DNA of 63,129 bases, filler included, from Reclinomonas americana ATCC 50394 (taxonomy: Eukaryota), in assembly GCA_048213135.1 (NCBI GenBank). It is 19 parts of 19 records of this genome, joined end to end, with 100 filler letters (N's around TTAATTAATTAA, not from the genome) between each part and the next. Parts side by side here need not be neighbours in the genome. Positions count along the whole stretch, not along the records: positions 36,610 to 42,329 come from AFZH01017507.1; positions 42,430 to 44,462 come from AFZH01017508.1; positions 44,563 to 47,693 come from AFZH01017509.1; positions 47,794 to 50,023 come from AFZH01017510.1; positions 50,124 to 51,443 come from AFZH01017512.1; positions 51,544 to 59,622 come from AFZH01017513.1; 13 more parts are not named here. One strand, 5' to 3'. Of this stretch, positions 39,334-53,000 are shown piece after piece (the stretch's first letter is position 1; the number at the start of each line of letters is the position of its first letter). The notes under the pieces are model-generated. The model searched no databases. It was not told where the DNA came from and worked only from the letters and a program-made list of their open reading frames with translations. The position numbers and the translations under genes were made by a program.

Positions 39334-42198
39334 ATGCCGTCCACTCAGTGTCACCGAGTGGTGGCACTGATGGCCTTCACTCTGCTGGTTCTCGGTGAGT
39401 CAAAACTTGTGTCTAGTGTCGACAAATTCTCATTTTGTTTGATGTGTTTTTGCGATTCAGTGCCTCTGGTGATTTCCGGTGACTCGTATGCGCCTGGCAG
39501 CGCAGCGAGCCCAGAGCAGTTTCAGGTCATCAAGGCTGTGGGCGAGGATGGTGCGTGCATTGCATTCTCTCTCTCTCTCTTTGATGCGTGCATTTCTCCT
39601 CACTCACTCTGCTCTCTCCTTTTTGACAGATCTCGACACCTCCTTGCAGACAGGCTCGCAGTCGGCCATCTGGGTCAACTGGACGACCCCCATCAACCAG
39701 GGCAACGCACCGCCCACCGAGTTCGGTGTCGACGTGACCAGCACTGGTGGCACCGCCAAGTACACTGTTGCGTCTTTCCCTCTCCCTCTTCCTCTTCTCT
39801 TCTCTTCTTTGTTCACCCTCTCCTCTCCCCTCTCCTCCACCAACAGTGCTCGTCGGTCAACGCCATTGTGGCCAATGGCGGCCCTGCCTCTGGCGGCGCC
39901 GGATGCTACGGCATGATTCTGCGTTACTTTGACCAGAACATCCAGGAGGGCGTGCAGTACACCATCGCTGTTGCGTCTCTCTTCTCCGTTCCCTCCCCTC
40001 CTTCCCTCCATCTCCTACTTACCTCTTACCAACAGGCCTACGCTGTCAACGCGTACGGTGAGGGCGTCCGCACCTCGTCGCAGGTCGTGACGGTGCCGCT
40101 CGGCGGTACCCCGCGCCAGCTGACCAACCTGGCCATCAGCTACACGTCGGCCACGTCGTTCGTGCTGTCGTTCTACCCGCCGATCAAGCTCGGCCAGACT
40201 GGCGCCACTGGCTCCGGCAACGTCGCCAACTTCAACCAGCTGCAGACTCCCTTCTTCCAGGTGCAGATCCGCAGCTCGACTGGCAGCTCGCTGACCGCCT
40301 GGACGCCGGTGACCTTCTACACTGAGACCACCATCGGCAACAACGCCAATGCGGCTATCAACCCGTTCACCTCTGGCCCGTTCTCGCAGCAGACGTGCGT
40401 GGTGTCTGGCACTGGTGCCACTGCCTCGTCCAGCATCCTGCAGCCGAGCACCGGCTACGTGGTGCGCGCGCGCGCTGTGGGCCAGTGGGGCTTTGGCCCG
40501 TGGAGCTCTGTTGCGTCTTTTTGTCTTTGTGAAATGTTGTGTGTGTATCTGTGCGAAGCAGCTTGCTCACCCCACCCTTCTCTCCTCTTTTCTCGCAGAC
40601 CGCCACGGTGACCACCCAGGACGGCAAGCAGTCTCCGGGCAAGGTCGGACAGCCGACTGTTGTGGCTGCGGCCTCTGACGGTGCTCTGATGTCGTGGACT
40701 TCTCCTCAGCTGACTGGCGGTGCCATCACCGGCTGGAAGGTGGAGACTGCGGCGTTTAACAATGGCGCTGTGCAGTACAACGCCTTCTCGACGCCCACGG
40801 GCACGCCGGTGACCGACACGGCCTTTGGCCGTGTGTCTGGTGGCCACGTCTTGATCTCGGCGCTGCCGACAACGCAGAACGGTGCCGCGATCACCACGTA
40901 CCGCGTCCGTGTGCTCGCGCAGAACGCCAACGGCGACGGCACTGCCGCGCTCGACACTGCCTCGCAGCAGACTCTCACCCTCAGCGCCGCCTCCAACCCG
41001 ACTATTGCTGCCCCGACTCTGGTGGCTTGCTGGGCGGTGACTGGCACCGCGACCACGAACTGTCTGGCCAACACGACTGCTGCCACTGTGATCGGCAACG
41101 GTGGCTTCGGTACGACTCCGTACACTTTCAGCGCCAATGGCGTCGTTGGTACCACCGGCACCGTGTCGATGGGCGCGAGCGACCTCGCTGGCACTCTAAC
41201 GTTCAATTCCACTGCTGGCGGTACTGTGAACCTTGTGGTGACGAACGCCACAGGTGGAACAGCCACTGGCGGCATGACATTCGTCATTTCCCTTGCTGTG
41301 GCCGCGCCCACTAATGCCATCTGGTTCAACCGCTCCGGCACTGCCGTGACCGACGTCAACGGATACGTCACGCTCGGCAACAACTTTGTGGTGATGAACG
41401 TTGGCTCGCCGACTCAGCGCGGTGTGGTGGCGACTGCCGCCACTGGCACTTCGGTTGGTGGCGTGAATGCCATCTCCTTCGCTTACGGCACCACGGGCGC
41501 TGCTACTATTACTGCTGCCACTGATGCCCAGTACCTTGACGGAAACACCTCGACCACTGCGTTGTCTGCTTCCAAGTTCGTGGTGGCCGTCCGCATGAAT
41601 GCTGCTGCCACTGTTGCTGCCATCCAAGTGTTTGGTGTCCAGTGGACTCTGGTGAACGCTGGCACCCCTGCGCCGCTCTTCTGCTGCGGTGCCGCCATTG
41701 TTCTGCCGAACACTGCTGGCGGTGTTGTCTCTGGTGCCGGTAGCAACATGGGTGTCCTCACCGCCGCCAACGCGATCACCGTCATCGACATCACCGACAC
41801 CTCGCTGACGTTCGCCATCACCATGACCGCCACCGGTGCGCAGTACACTGCGAACCAGGCCAACGTCAACGCCTCGTCTGCTGCCAGCTCGTACGCCTTC
41901 ACTGCCATTGGCACTGCCAACGTGCGCGGTGTCTCCGTCGCCTCGGGTCTCACCACCACGACCAACAGCAACCAGCCCGTCACTGCCCACCTCGACGGCT
42001 GGCAGGTCACCCTCTCTGGCCTCCTCCCCGGCCGCCAGTACTTCCCGCAGGTGTCCTTCTCCGTCACGAATGGCGGCATCACCAACGCGGCCGCTGCCGC
42101 CTCGCCGACTGGCACCAACTTCTACACCGCCACCAGTTGCGCTTCTCTCTCTCTCTCTCTCTCTCTCACTTTCTTTCTTTCTTCTTCTTCTCTCTTCT

Positions 42199-42276
<78 letters not shown>

Positions 42277-42554
42277 CTCGTCGTCGTCCGTCGTACCGTA
42301 CCGTACGTCGTACGTACGTCGTACGTCGTNNNNNNNNNNNNNNNNNNNNNNNNNNNNNNNNNNNNNNNNNNNNTTAATTAATTAANNNNNNNNNNNNNNN
42401 NNNNNNNNNNNNNNNNNNNNNNNNNNNNNACCCGGGTACCCGGTAACCCCGGTACCCGTACCCGTACCCCGGGTACCCGGTCCGGTCCGTCCCGTCCCGT
42501 ACCCGTACCGTACCGTACCGTACCGTACCTACCTACCTACCTACCTACCGTCTC

Positions 42555-42591
<37 letters not shown>

Positions 42592-42615
42592 TCTTTCTTT
42601 CTTCTTCTTCTCTCT

Positions 42616-42656
<41 letters not shown>

Positions 42657-45600
42657 TTGTTTCCTTCATGCTCACCGTCATTCCCCTTCCCCTCTTATCT
42701 CCTGAACAGCCCGCCCTCCGGCCGCCACCGCCGGCTCCAACGCCATCTACTACATTGGCAGCACTCAGGCCACCATCTGGCTGCAGCTGCCGACTGACCT
42801 TGTCGGCCAGGGCGGTCTCTCCACCATCTCTGCCGTCGGTGCCACTGCCAGCACCTTCCAAGATATCAACAACTCGTTGACTGTGCAGCAGACCACCAAC
42901 CTGGCCACTGGCACCACCGCCTACCGCGCGTTCGTGATTGGCGACGCTGGTCCCACCACTGTGACCGCTGCCAGCGTGTCGTCTGGCACGTGGCGCGGCT
43001 ACACGATTGGCGCTCTCGCGGCCGCCAATGCCGCCACTGGTCAGGGCTACACCATCAACGTGTGGACTGAGTCGCAGGTGAACCGCTCGGCTGCTCCCTG
43101 GAGCGGCACTCTGACCACCAGCGGCACCGATGCCACCAAGGTGTCGACTGCGGCGCCGACGCTGTCGTCCAACCTGCGCTGCGTCACGTCGACTTCGGCG
43201 TGGGTGGAGTGGGAGGGTGTGGCGGCCAATGTGGGCGTGATTGGCGGCGCTCCTTCGTGGTACGTCATGTCGGACTGCGGCGGCGGCTCGGTGACGGTGG
43301 TCACCACCATTGCCGACCTGACCGACTTTGGCATCCCGGCCGGCAGCTCTGGTCTGTCGCGCAACCGCGTGCTCGTCAAGGTCACTGGCCTGACTGGCAC
43401 CAGCTGCGCCATCTCGACTGCCTACAACAACGGCAGCGGCACTCCGGGTGACAACGGTGCCAACCTGACGTTCTCGACTGCCGTGACGGTGACTCTGGCG
43501 TCGGGTGCGCCGGCCACGCCGACTGGCTACACGGTGGCTCCGTACACTGGCTCTGTGGACCAGGTCACTTCGACGTCGTTTGTCGTCGCCTTCAACTACC
43601 CGGCCACCTTTGGCACGGGCGACACTACCGCTGCGCCGACTGCCACCTACACGGTGACCAACGCCAGCACTGACCAGCCTGCCATCACCACCGGCGCGAC
43701 TGGCAACGGCAACATCGCCACCTCGTTCTACGGACTGTTCTCGTACAACTCTGGCTTCTACCAGCAGATCACCGGCTTCACTGTGAGCGGCACGAACACC
43801 AACTTTGTGGCTGCCACGCAGTACACGACCAAGATCCGCGTCACTGTGAACAACAACACCACTGCCTCGGCGGCCGGCTCCCTCCAGGCCACCACCGACA
43901 ACAACGGCTCTGTGCCGGCTGCGCCCACCAACGTGTCTTTCTCGCGCCTGTTCTCGACTGGCGTGCGCCTCAACTTCTCGACCCCGATCAGCGTCGGTGG
44001 CTCCAACACCGCCACCTCGAGCGCCACGCAGAGCAACCTGACGACGCCGACTCCGAACGTGAGCGCCTACCGTGTGGTGTACTCGACCACCAGCGCCTCG
44101 TCGGTGACTGCGGCCACTGCCGGCTCTGCCGTCAACATGGACACCAGCTCCATCCCGACCACCAACGGCACCGGCACTGGATCGTGGAACGCCAACCTGT
44201 CGACCTACTACATTGACGTGACTGGCCTGCCGGCTGGCACCTCGGTCAACCTGCAGATCTGCGCCAGCAACCAGTTCTCGATTGCCTTCCCGACCTCGCC
44301 CTTCAACCCGGCTGGCACTGCCGCCAACCCGGTGTCGTGCGCATTCAGCACTGCCATCAACTTCACCACTCCGGTTGCCTCTGGCGTCGTGCCGAACCCG
44401 CCGACCAGCCTGGTCGTGACGCAGTACGGCCTCACCAACATCTTCCTGCAGTGGACGATTCCNNNNNNNNNNNNNNNNNNNNNNNNNNNNNNNNNNNNNN
44501 NNNNNNTTAATTAATTAANNNNNNNNNNNNNNNNNNNNNNNNNNNNNNNNNNNNNNNNNNNNGCAGAACTTTGGCTCCAATGCCGTGACGGTGTTCACCA
44601 TCTTCCGCGGCCAGGGCAGCGCGACCCCGGTGTCTGTGGGCACGGTGACCCTGCCGGCTGGCTGGGCGACCACCGCCGCTTACACTGCCGACACGATGCT
44701 GTCGGCCAACACGTCGTACACGTACCAGGTGTACGCCACCGCCACGTCGACCAACTCGGCCACGGCTGCTGGCCCGATCACTCAGACCACTCACAACACC
44801 AGTTGCGTGGAAGGGGGGAAAGGAGGGGAGGGGACGGGGTGGGAAGGGAAAGGAAAAGAAAGAGGAGAGGAGAGGAGAGGGGAGTGGTAGTGAGAGAGGG
44901 AGAAGGGAACCATCAGCTTCTTTTGAATATCAGTATCTCATCCACCGCCGCCTCCCTTCTCCTCCACCACACAGACGATGCTCCGATCGCCCCGGCCGCC
45001 CCGACGCTGGCTGCTGGTATTGCGAACTCGCAGGGCACCAACTCGAGCGCCGGCTGCGCTTTCGAGGCTGGCACCGGCGGTGTGGGCTTCTCTGGCAACT
45101 GCTACCAGGACACCATTACCAGCATCTCGTGGGCGTCGCCGATTGGCATTGGCGGCGCCTCGATCAACGGCTACGTTGTGACGCAGAACACCAGCAACTG
45201 CAACCGCACGTACACATGGACGACCACGACCACCAACTTCTCGTTCCCGACCATTCCGGGCAAGTCGTACACCTACGCCGTGCAGGCCACCAACACTCTC
45301 TCGGTCTCTGGTGTGACCTCAACGCAGAGCGGTGCTCAGTCAGGCACTCTGTCGCAGACTGCCAACTCGATTGTGCGCCCATTCCCGCTGCCCGCTGTGA
45401 CTACTGGCACAATTGGCTCTGGCTACGCCACCTTCACGCTGTCGACCCCGTCGACTGTGCAGGGCACGCAGTACTCGCTGACCACCTCGGACGGCTTCGC
45501 GAACTTTGTCGGCGTGCAGCTGCTGGTGCAGAACCTGACCAACGTTACCTCGACTACTTTCGTGCCGGACACGTTTGTGACTCAGTTCACTGGCTCATTC

Positions 45601-47376
45601 AGCTCGACCACCTCGACGTTGCTGGTGAACGGCCTGACCTCCAACACCAAGTATCGCATTGGCGTGTCGTCGTTCAACGGCTACCAGGCTGCCTGGTCTT
45701 CGTCGGCCGTCGCCATCACCACGGCCACGTCGCCGCAGCGCCCGAGCGGCATCACGTCGCTGTCGTCGAACCTTCTGCTCAAGCGTTCGACCTCGATCTG
45801 GCTCAGCTGGGGACAGCCGCAGGAGACTGGCGGCCAGGGCTTCGTGAACCAGTGGCAGGTGTCGTGGCGCGCGGCTACGGCCAGCACGCTGACCCAGAAC
45901 ACCACCTCGGTGCAGCAGGCTGTGATTCGCGGCCTCACCGACGCCACCAACTACTTCATCGATGTGCGCGGCATCAACGGCATTGGCACGTCGACCACTC
46001 AGGCCACCTTCGGTGACGGTATCATCGGCAACGGCCTCAACAACAACGTGCTGACGGGCCAGGTGCCGAACGATCAGACCAACTTTGCGGTGACCAGCAA
46101 CACTGGCACGGCGATTGCGTTCTCGTGGACGACTGCCACTGGCGCGTCGACTGACATCTCTGGCCAGTCTCTGACTGGTGTGTCGGGCACGACTGCGGCG
46201 AACCCGGCGGTGGCGGTGGGTGCCACCGACACCACGGCGTCTGTGATGGTGGTAAACGGCAACTTCTACCGCTTCTACCTGAACGCGACCAACTCGATTG
46301 GCACGGGCAACAACTCGCTGTCGATCTACATCCAGGCGTCGCCGGTGACCACGACTGGCATTGTGCCGGCTGCTGGCACTCCGTCGGTGGACTTCTACGC
46401 CGCCAACGAGTACCGCGTGTCGTGGACTGCGGTGGGCTCGGCCACTACCTACTACCTGGTGTACTGGCAGTGGACGACCCGCTTCCTGGCGTCGACTGGC
46501 AACCCGGCGGCCGCTGACGGCCTGGGCCTGAACACTGCTGTGCTCGGCAGCGGCACCAACCCGGCCATTGCCGGCACTTGCGTGCAGCTGTTCCAGACCA
46601 TCAAGCCGTCGTCGCGCTACCGCATGGTGCTGATCGGTGGCAACACCGTCGGCCTCGGCCAGGGCTCGCAGGGCACCGCCAACAACAACATTGGCACGCC
46701 GACTCAGGGTGCTCTGACCCAGACGGGCCAGGCTGCCGCTCCGGCCGCCCCGACTCAGGGCACCAACACCAACACCTCGATCACCATCAACTTCTCGACC
46801 CCGGTGTACACTGGTCTGGGCCTGATCACCAGCTACCAGATCCAGACGTTCCCGGAGAACGGCGGCAACGTGGTGATTGGCTACAAGAACGCCACCGACT
46901 CGACGTCGTCGTCGCGCGCCAACTACACGTACACCCAGTCGAACCTGCAGCCGGGCACGCCGTACGTCGTGAACGTGCGCGCCATCAACTCGTACGGCCA
47001 GTCGATCCCGTCGGCCTCCCTACGCGTGTCGACCACCGGCGGTGGGCCTGGACCTGGACCTGGGCCGTCAACTCCGGTGTGGAAGTGGATCGTGATTGGT
47101 GTTTCTTGCGCTGTCGGTGTCGCGGTGGTGGCGGTGTTCGTGTGGCTGCTGGTAAGGTGGCGCCGGCGGGCGACCTTACTTCGAAGTGACAATGTTGTCG
47201 GTGACGGTGGATATGGTGTACAAGCTGCCGGAGGTGAACAGCTGCGGCTGCTTCATTATTCCCATGAGGAGATCGATATGCTCCGAGATGATGCGTATCA
47301 GGCGCCAGCGGCTGGCGCACGCGCCGCAGCTCCGCAGGACTCGTCGGCTCACCTCCGAGGTTTGAAGTTTGTGTAA
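39334..47376 (+). CDS. Large type I membrane protein with many fibronectin type III repeats (over 2000 aa; spans two gaps)
   Basis: Signal peptide; repeated FN3 motifs (SAIWVNWTTP, YTIAAYAVNAYGEG, LQPSTGYVVRARAVGQWGFGPWS, SIWLSWGQPQETGG, LQPGTPYVVNVRAINSYGQS); TM helix WIVIGVSCAVGVAVVAVFVWLLV followed by RWRRR; tail of about 70 aa. One apparent 1-nt frameshift in a C-run at about 42714. Confidence 0.9.
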
Positions 47377-48224
47377 GTTCAATTCAACTGCTGCTCACCT
47401 TTGTGGGGTTTGCAGCCAAAGAGCAAGCGCTGCTTGGCGATGAACCCTCGAGCTCTCAGACGCGGAGGCAGGCAGTCGCGTCGCCGCCTCGCGATCGACC
47501 TATTCGGAACGCTAATCTCAATCTCGCACCGTCAACCCACGGCTAATCATGCATTGAATGTACAACTTTATCTGCTTCCCCCGTGAGTCTCGAAGTGAGA
47601 AGACGGACGGGCACAAGACTAGCGCGCGACGTGACCACATAACAAATCACTTCATTCACCACATTCCAATAGTGCGACACAATGTCCACCAATNNNNNNN
47701 NNNNNNNNNNNNNNNNNNNNNNNNNNNNNNNNNNNNNTTAATTAATTAANNNNNNNNNNNNNNNNNNNNNNNNNNNNNNNNNNNNNNNNNNNNTCCAACT
47801 TGCGTGAAAACAATCGGCACGTACGTAACCGTATATATAGTGCACGCCACATGCATCGATATCGCAGTCGTCATTCTCGCCGCCGCTTTCGTGCGGTCCA
47901 ACCTCTAGATCTGTGCGAGAGACCACCTGCAGCTGCTGCTGAAAGAATGATGGAAGATGGGCGATGGACGCGCGCAATGGTACAACAACAACAACAACTT
48001 TACTAATCCAAACAGCAGCAGCTGCATGATGATCACCATCTTTGCGTACGCCCGGCGCCGGCGCGCGCGCCGTGACCCTTGGAGCGCTAGCGGGAGCCGC
48101 AGCGCACGATGGAGTTGGTGTGCACGGTCGAGGGTTGTACATGTGGAGCCGCTGCACATGCGATCGATGTTGCAGTCGAGGAGGTGTACGAATGACAGTG
48201 CGTGAACGTTGCGCGCTGCGGTGC

Positions 48225-50023
48225 AACGACAACGACGAATCGCACGCGCACGCGATCACACTGATGAAGACGACGAAGATGAAGAAGACGTCGGTGCTCG
48301 TCCACATGCGCCACCTCCTCCACGTACGATCGCAGAGACAGATCGATGACATTCTGGAACATCCAGTATCGCAATCGGTATTGCCAGCGTGCGATCAAGT
48401 ATCGAAGTCGCTCCGGATCCCCTAGGCCTGCCTTGCTTGTACAACCAACAACACACATTTATGAACGTGGCAATAGCAACTGATATCGCTTCTCTTCTCC
48501 ACAAGCACCGAACGTTCATGCATCCACGTGTCATCGCACAGGACACACACTCTCCCCGCACTTGCATCATGAGCGGTGGTTCTCCCAGTGGCGTTCATCG
48601 ATACGCTCGTCTTCATCGCTATCACGACGAAGACGAAGACGATGAGCTCGATCGCATGGAACTCGCACGCGCACGCGATCACACTGATGAAGAAGACGAC
48701 GAGGGAAAAGGAGAAGACGTTGGTGCTCGTCCACATGCGCCACCTCCTCCACTTACGATCGCAGAGACAGATAAAGTAGATGACATTCTGGAACGTCCAG
48801 TATCGCGATCGGTATTGCCAGCGTGCGATCAAGTATCGAAGTCGCTCCGGATCGATATCCCCTGCCTGCTTGCTTGCACAACCAACAGCACACATCAATG
48901 TACACAGCACTTGCAACTATGATATCGCTTCTTTCATTCACGAGACACCGAACGTTCATGCATCTCCACGTGTCGCACAGGACACACTCTGCCTCCTCTT
49001 ACATCATGAGCGGTGGTTCTCCAAGCGGCGTTCATCGATACGCTCGTCTTCATCGCTATCACGACAATGACGAAGACGATGAGCTCGATCGCATGGAACT
49101 CGCACGCGCACGCGATCACACTGATGAAGACGACGATGAAGACGTCGGTGCTCGTCCACACACGCCACCTCCTCCACTTACGATCGCAGAGACAGATCTA
49201 GTAGATGACATTCTGGAACATCCAATATCGAGATCGGTATCGCCAGCGTGCGATCAAGTATCGATCGCGAAGTCGCTCCGGATCTCCTGCTTTCTTGCTT
49301 GCACAACCAACAGCATACATCAATGTGATCCAGCACTTGCAACTACGATATCGATTCTCTGCTCCACAAAGCACCGAACGTTTGCATGCATCCAAGTGTC
49401 GCACAGGACACACTCTTCTCCTCTCACATCATGAGCGGTGGTTCTCCAAGTGGCGTTCATCGATACGCTCGTCTTCATCGCTATCACGACGAAGACGATG
49501 AGCTCGATCGCATGGAACTCGCACGCGCACGCGATCACACTGATGAAGACGATGACGATGAAGACGTTGGTGCTCGTCCACACGCGCCACCTCCTCCACT
49601 TACGATCGCAGAGACAGATCGATGACATTCTGGAACATCCAGTATCGCGATCGGTATTGCATCAAGTATCGAAGTTGCTCCGGATCCCCTGCCTTCTTGC
49701 TTGCACAACCAACAACATACATCAATGTACACTGCACTTGCAACTATAATATCGCTTCTTTCCTCCACAAAGCACCGAACGTTCATGCATCTCCACGTGT
49801 CGCACAGGACACACTCTTCTCCTCTCACATCATGAGCGGTGGTTCTCCCAGTGGCGTTCATCGATACGCTCGTCTTCACCGCTATCATGACGAAGACGAT
49901 GAGCTCGATCGCATGGAACTCGCACGCGCGCGCGATCACACTGATGAAGAAGACGACGATGACGATGATGTCGGTGCTCGTCCACACGCGCCACCTCCTC
50001 CGCGTGCGATTGCTGTTGCTCCT
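48225..50023 (+). repeat. Tandem array (about 400-437 bp unit; 4 ATG-bearing copies plus a partial copy) of the upstream region and 5' coding segment of the next gene
   Basis: MSGGSPSGVHRYARLHRYHD...GARPHAPPPP starts at 48569, 49006, 49431 and 49832. Confidence 0.92.
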
Positions 50024-53000
50024 NNNNNNNNNNNNNNNNNNNNNNNNNNNNNNNNNNNNNNNNNNNNTTAATTAATTAANNNNNNNNNNNNNNNNNNNNN
50101 NNNNNNNNNNNNNNNNNNNNNNNCCCCCACTCACTCCCTCCCTCCCTCACTCACTCACTCACTCCCTTCACTCCCTTCCTCCCTCTCTTCCTCCACCTTC
50201 TCCCCACACTCTTGCACTCACCTTACCCCATCTGCTCCTTAACCTTTCCTCACTTATCCATCCACCTTCTCCTCCAACTCCATTTCTCATCCATTCACTC
50301 ACCCCTTTCCCCTCACTCTTCTCCTTCAGCGGCGCCCGTCGCAACTTCCGCCCTCCCGCCGGTGCCGCCGGTGCCGCCATGAACGCCGCCAACAACCAGC
50401 AACTGATTGGCATGTACCGCCAGCGACGTGGGCTTGCCCGGTGTGTCTCCTGCCCTATGCCCTCCCCGCGCTCGCAGCAACTTACTGTTTTTTTGTGCAC
50501 AGCTTTCGCCCGCTGATCGCCTTTATCATCTACATGACCTGCATGCTCATCTCCGACATGCCGCGCATCCTGCGCATGTCGCTGCTGACGCAGACGCCCA
50601 TCACCATGTCGCTCAGTCTGCTGGTCGAGTTTGTGTTGGTTGGGGAGACGTCGCGACGCTTTTCGCGGGACCCATGGTGCGTGTTTGATCGAGAGTGACG
50701 TAGTGGCGCCATCTAATTGTGTCGGCGGTGCAGTCCTGGTGGTCGGCACTGGTGTCTCGGAGCGATTTCACCCTTCTTCCCCATCGAGTATTTGGCTGCC
50801 GCCGTCTTCCCGCCGTACGTGCAGCTGTGGTGGTTGGCCGAGTCGTCGCTGGTGCACGGAGTGGCCGTCGGCTTTTTCTTTTTGGAGGGACAAAGTTGCG
50901 CTCACCACGAGCTTCCTTGCTTTCCTGCTTATTCGCTCACCTTGTTCCATTCAGCCGGCCGTGTTCTCTCGGTCGTCATTGCGTACGGCATCATGGTCGT
51001 GTTGGCCGCCATTAGCAGCATTGTGTACCTGGCGCTGCAGGAGTACTTTTCTTTCATGCGGGAGATGCGACTGGAGCAGGTGCGTGCAATTCTTCACAAG
51101 CTTTGCGTTGCGACTGCTGACCCTGGGTGACGCAGATGGAGGCCGATGTTCGTGTCACACACGAGCGCTTCTTTGTCACACAACCGTATCGAAGCACGAT
51201 TGTGCGCATGGACCTGCTCCCCGACGAGCATTTGTGGAAGAGTTGCGGAGGGGAAAGGGGGAAGTGTGTTGAAGGAGTTTTGCTAACGCACTGATGACCG
51301 CAGATGTGTTCTCGTTCCTCTCCGTGTCAGGTTTGTTGCTTGCTCACTGCCATCGAGTTAACGCACTCGGCGGTCTCCCCCCTCTCACCCCCTTCGCGGT
51401 CCTTGCCCTCTCGCTCTCCCCCCTCACGCTCTCCCCCTCACGCNNNNNNNNNNNNNNNNNNNNNNNNNNNNNNNNNNNNNNNNNNNNTTAATTAATTAAN
51501 NNNNNNNNNNNNNNNNNNNNNNNNNNNNNNNNNNNNNNNNNNNTCTCCGGGTCTCCCCCCTCTCCGGTCTCCCCCTCTCGCTGCTCCCCCTCTCGCTGCT
51601 CCCCCTCTCGATCTCCCGGCCTCCTCCTCTCACTCTTGCATTCTCGCTCTCCCCCTCGCGCTTCCTCTCTCTCTCTCGCTGCTCCCCCTCTGTCTTCTCC
51701 CCCTCTCGCTGCTCCCCTTCTCTCTCTCCCCCTTCTCGCTCTCCCACTTCTCTGTCTCCCTCCCTCTCTCTCTCTTTCAGTCTCCCTTCTTGCTCTCCCC
51801 TCTTTCACCGCGTTCTCATCGCTCCCCATCCAGACTTCGCCGTGTCTGCCACCGTGTGCCGCGAATGGTACGAGCTATTCGCCCGCTTCGCTGGCGGCGC
51901 CTACATTCCCTTCGAGATGGAGAAGCGCGGCATTCTGAAGAGCTTCCCCAATCTCTTGTCGATTCACGGTGCGTAATTTGCTTGTCGTTTGCTATGTCCG
52001 TGTGCTGAATGTTGCGATTGCGCAATAGTGGTGCTCCACAACCAAAAGGACATTGACGATGTGGCAGAGCATCTGCTGACTGTGCCGACTGTGCAGTCCA
52101 TCACCTTGTATGGTGCGTTTGAAGCCGTGAAACTGGCGAGTCTTGCTCCCCGCTCACTTCTTCTGCAGTCACTGCCGAGGCTCGTCCGTGTTCTTTTGTC
52201 AGTTTGTGTGAGTCGCTGTCGAGGAATGCCAGCGTTGTCCGCTTGCATGTCGATGGTGAACCGAGTGCGTGTTGAGAAGGAGAGGTAAGCTGTTGGTAAC
52301 TAACTGTGGATTTTGTGCAGCGGCCCCTGTTGACCTCGGCAAGGCGCTTGGTGCCAACGAGACGCTCACGAATTTGACATGTTGCGTTACGTAAGGAATG
52401 ATTTGTCCTGCAGATACTGTTTCCGCGTGTTGTCTCCTGCTGTGCTCTCGTTCCCCTCGCTGTGCTCTCTTTCCTCTCGCTGTGCTCCCGTTCCTCTCGC
52501 TGCACTCTCGTTCCTCTCGCTGCACTCTCGTTCCTCTCGCTGTGCTCTCTCGTTCCTCTCGCTGCGCTCTCGTTCCTCTCGCTGCGCTCTCGTTCCTCTC
52601 GCTGTGCTCTCGTTTCTCTCGCCGTGCTCTCTCGTTCCTCTCGCTGCGCTCTCGTTCCTCTCGCTGTGCTCTCGGTTCTCTCGCCGTGCTCTCGCTGTGC
52701 TCTCGTTCCTTCTCTCTCTCTCTCTCTCGCTTCTGTTTTCCTCACCCTTTCTCCTTCCTGTGCAGGGTCCTCATGCGACGCCGACTCCACCTTCGCCCTC
52801 GTGCGCGCCCTGCGCGACAATGTCAAGCTGCAGTTCCTCGACCTCACCTCCAGTGCAGTCAGCACCCGCTGTGCTGTCGAGGTCGGCTTGCTGCTCACGG
52901 AGAATCACCACGTTGTGAATCTGCAAGTTGCGAATGTTGTGTGGCAGAGAAAGCACGCCATTTATCCTTTCCTGACATGAATAATCGTGCGCCAGATTGG

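Noticed and set aside
42280..42550. cgtaccgtacc/gtacg-type repeats at contig ends (also 1-80, 13040-13086, 15470-15563, 59723-59795)
   Set aside because: They occur only next to gaps after microsatellites and look like pyrosequencing flow noise, not telomeres or element ends.
42708..42722. Apparent frameshift in the FN3 gene (and at about 23490 in family A copy 4)
   Set aside because: Both are 1-nt deficits in homopolymer runs, most simply sequencing errors. There is no evidence for programmed frameshifting.
47794..48225. Overlapping ORFs on both strands upstream of the 425-bp array
   Set aside because: No recognisable motif or consistent splice pattern, so I cannot support a gene call.
48225..50023. 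CRISPR-like or transposon interpretation of the tandem arrays
   Set aside because: No short repeat/unique spacer structure, and no terminal inverted repeats, transposase or reverse transcriptase. The units are gene 5'-end duplications.
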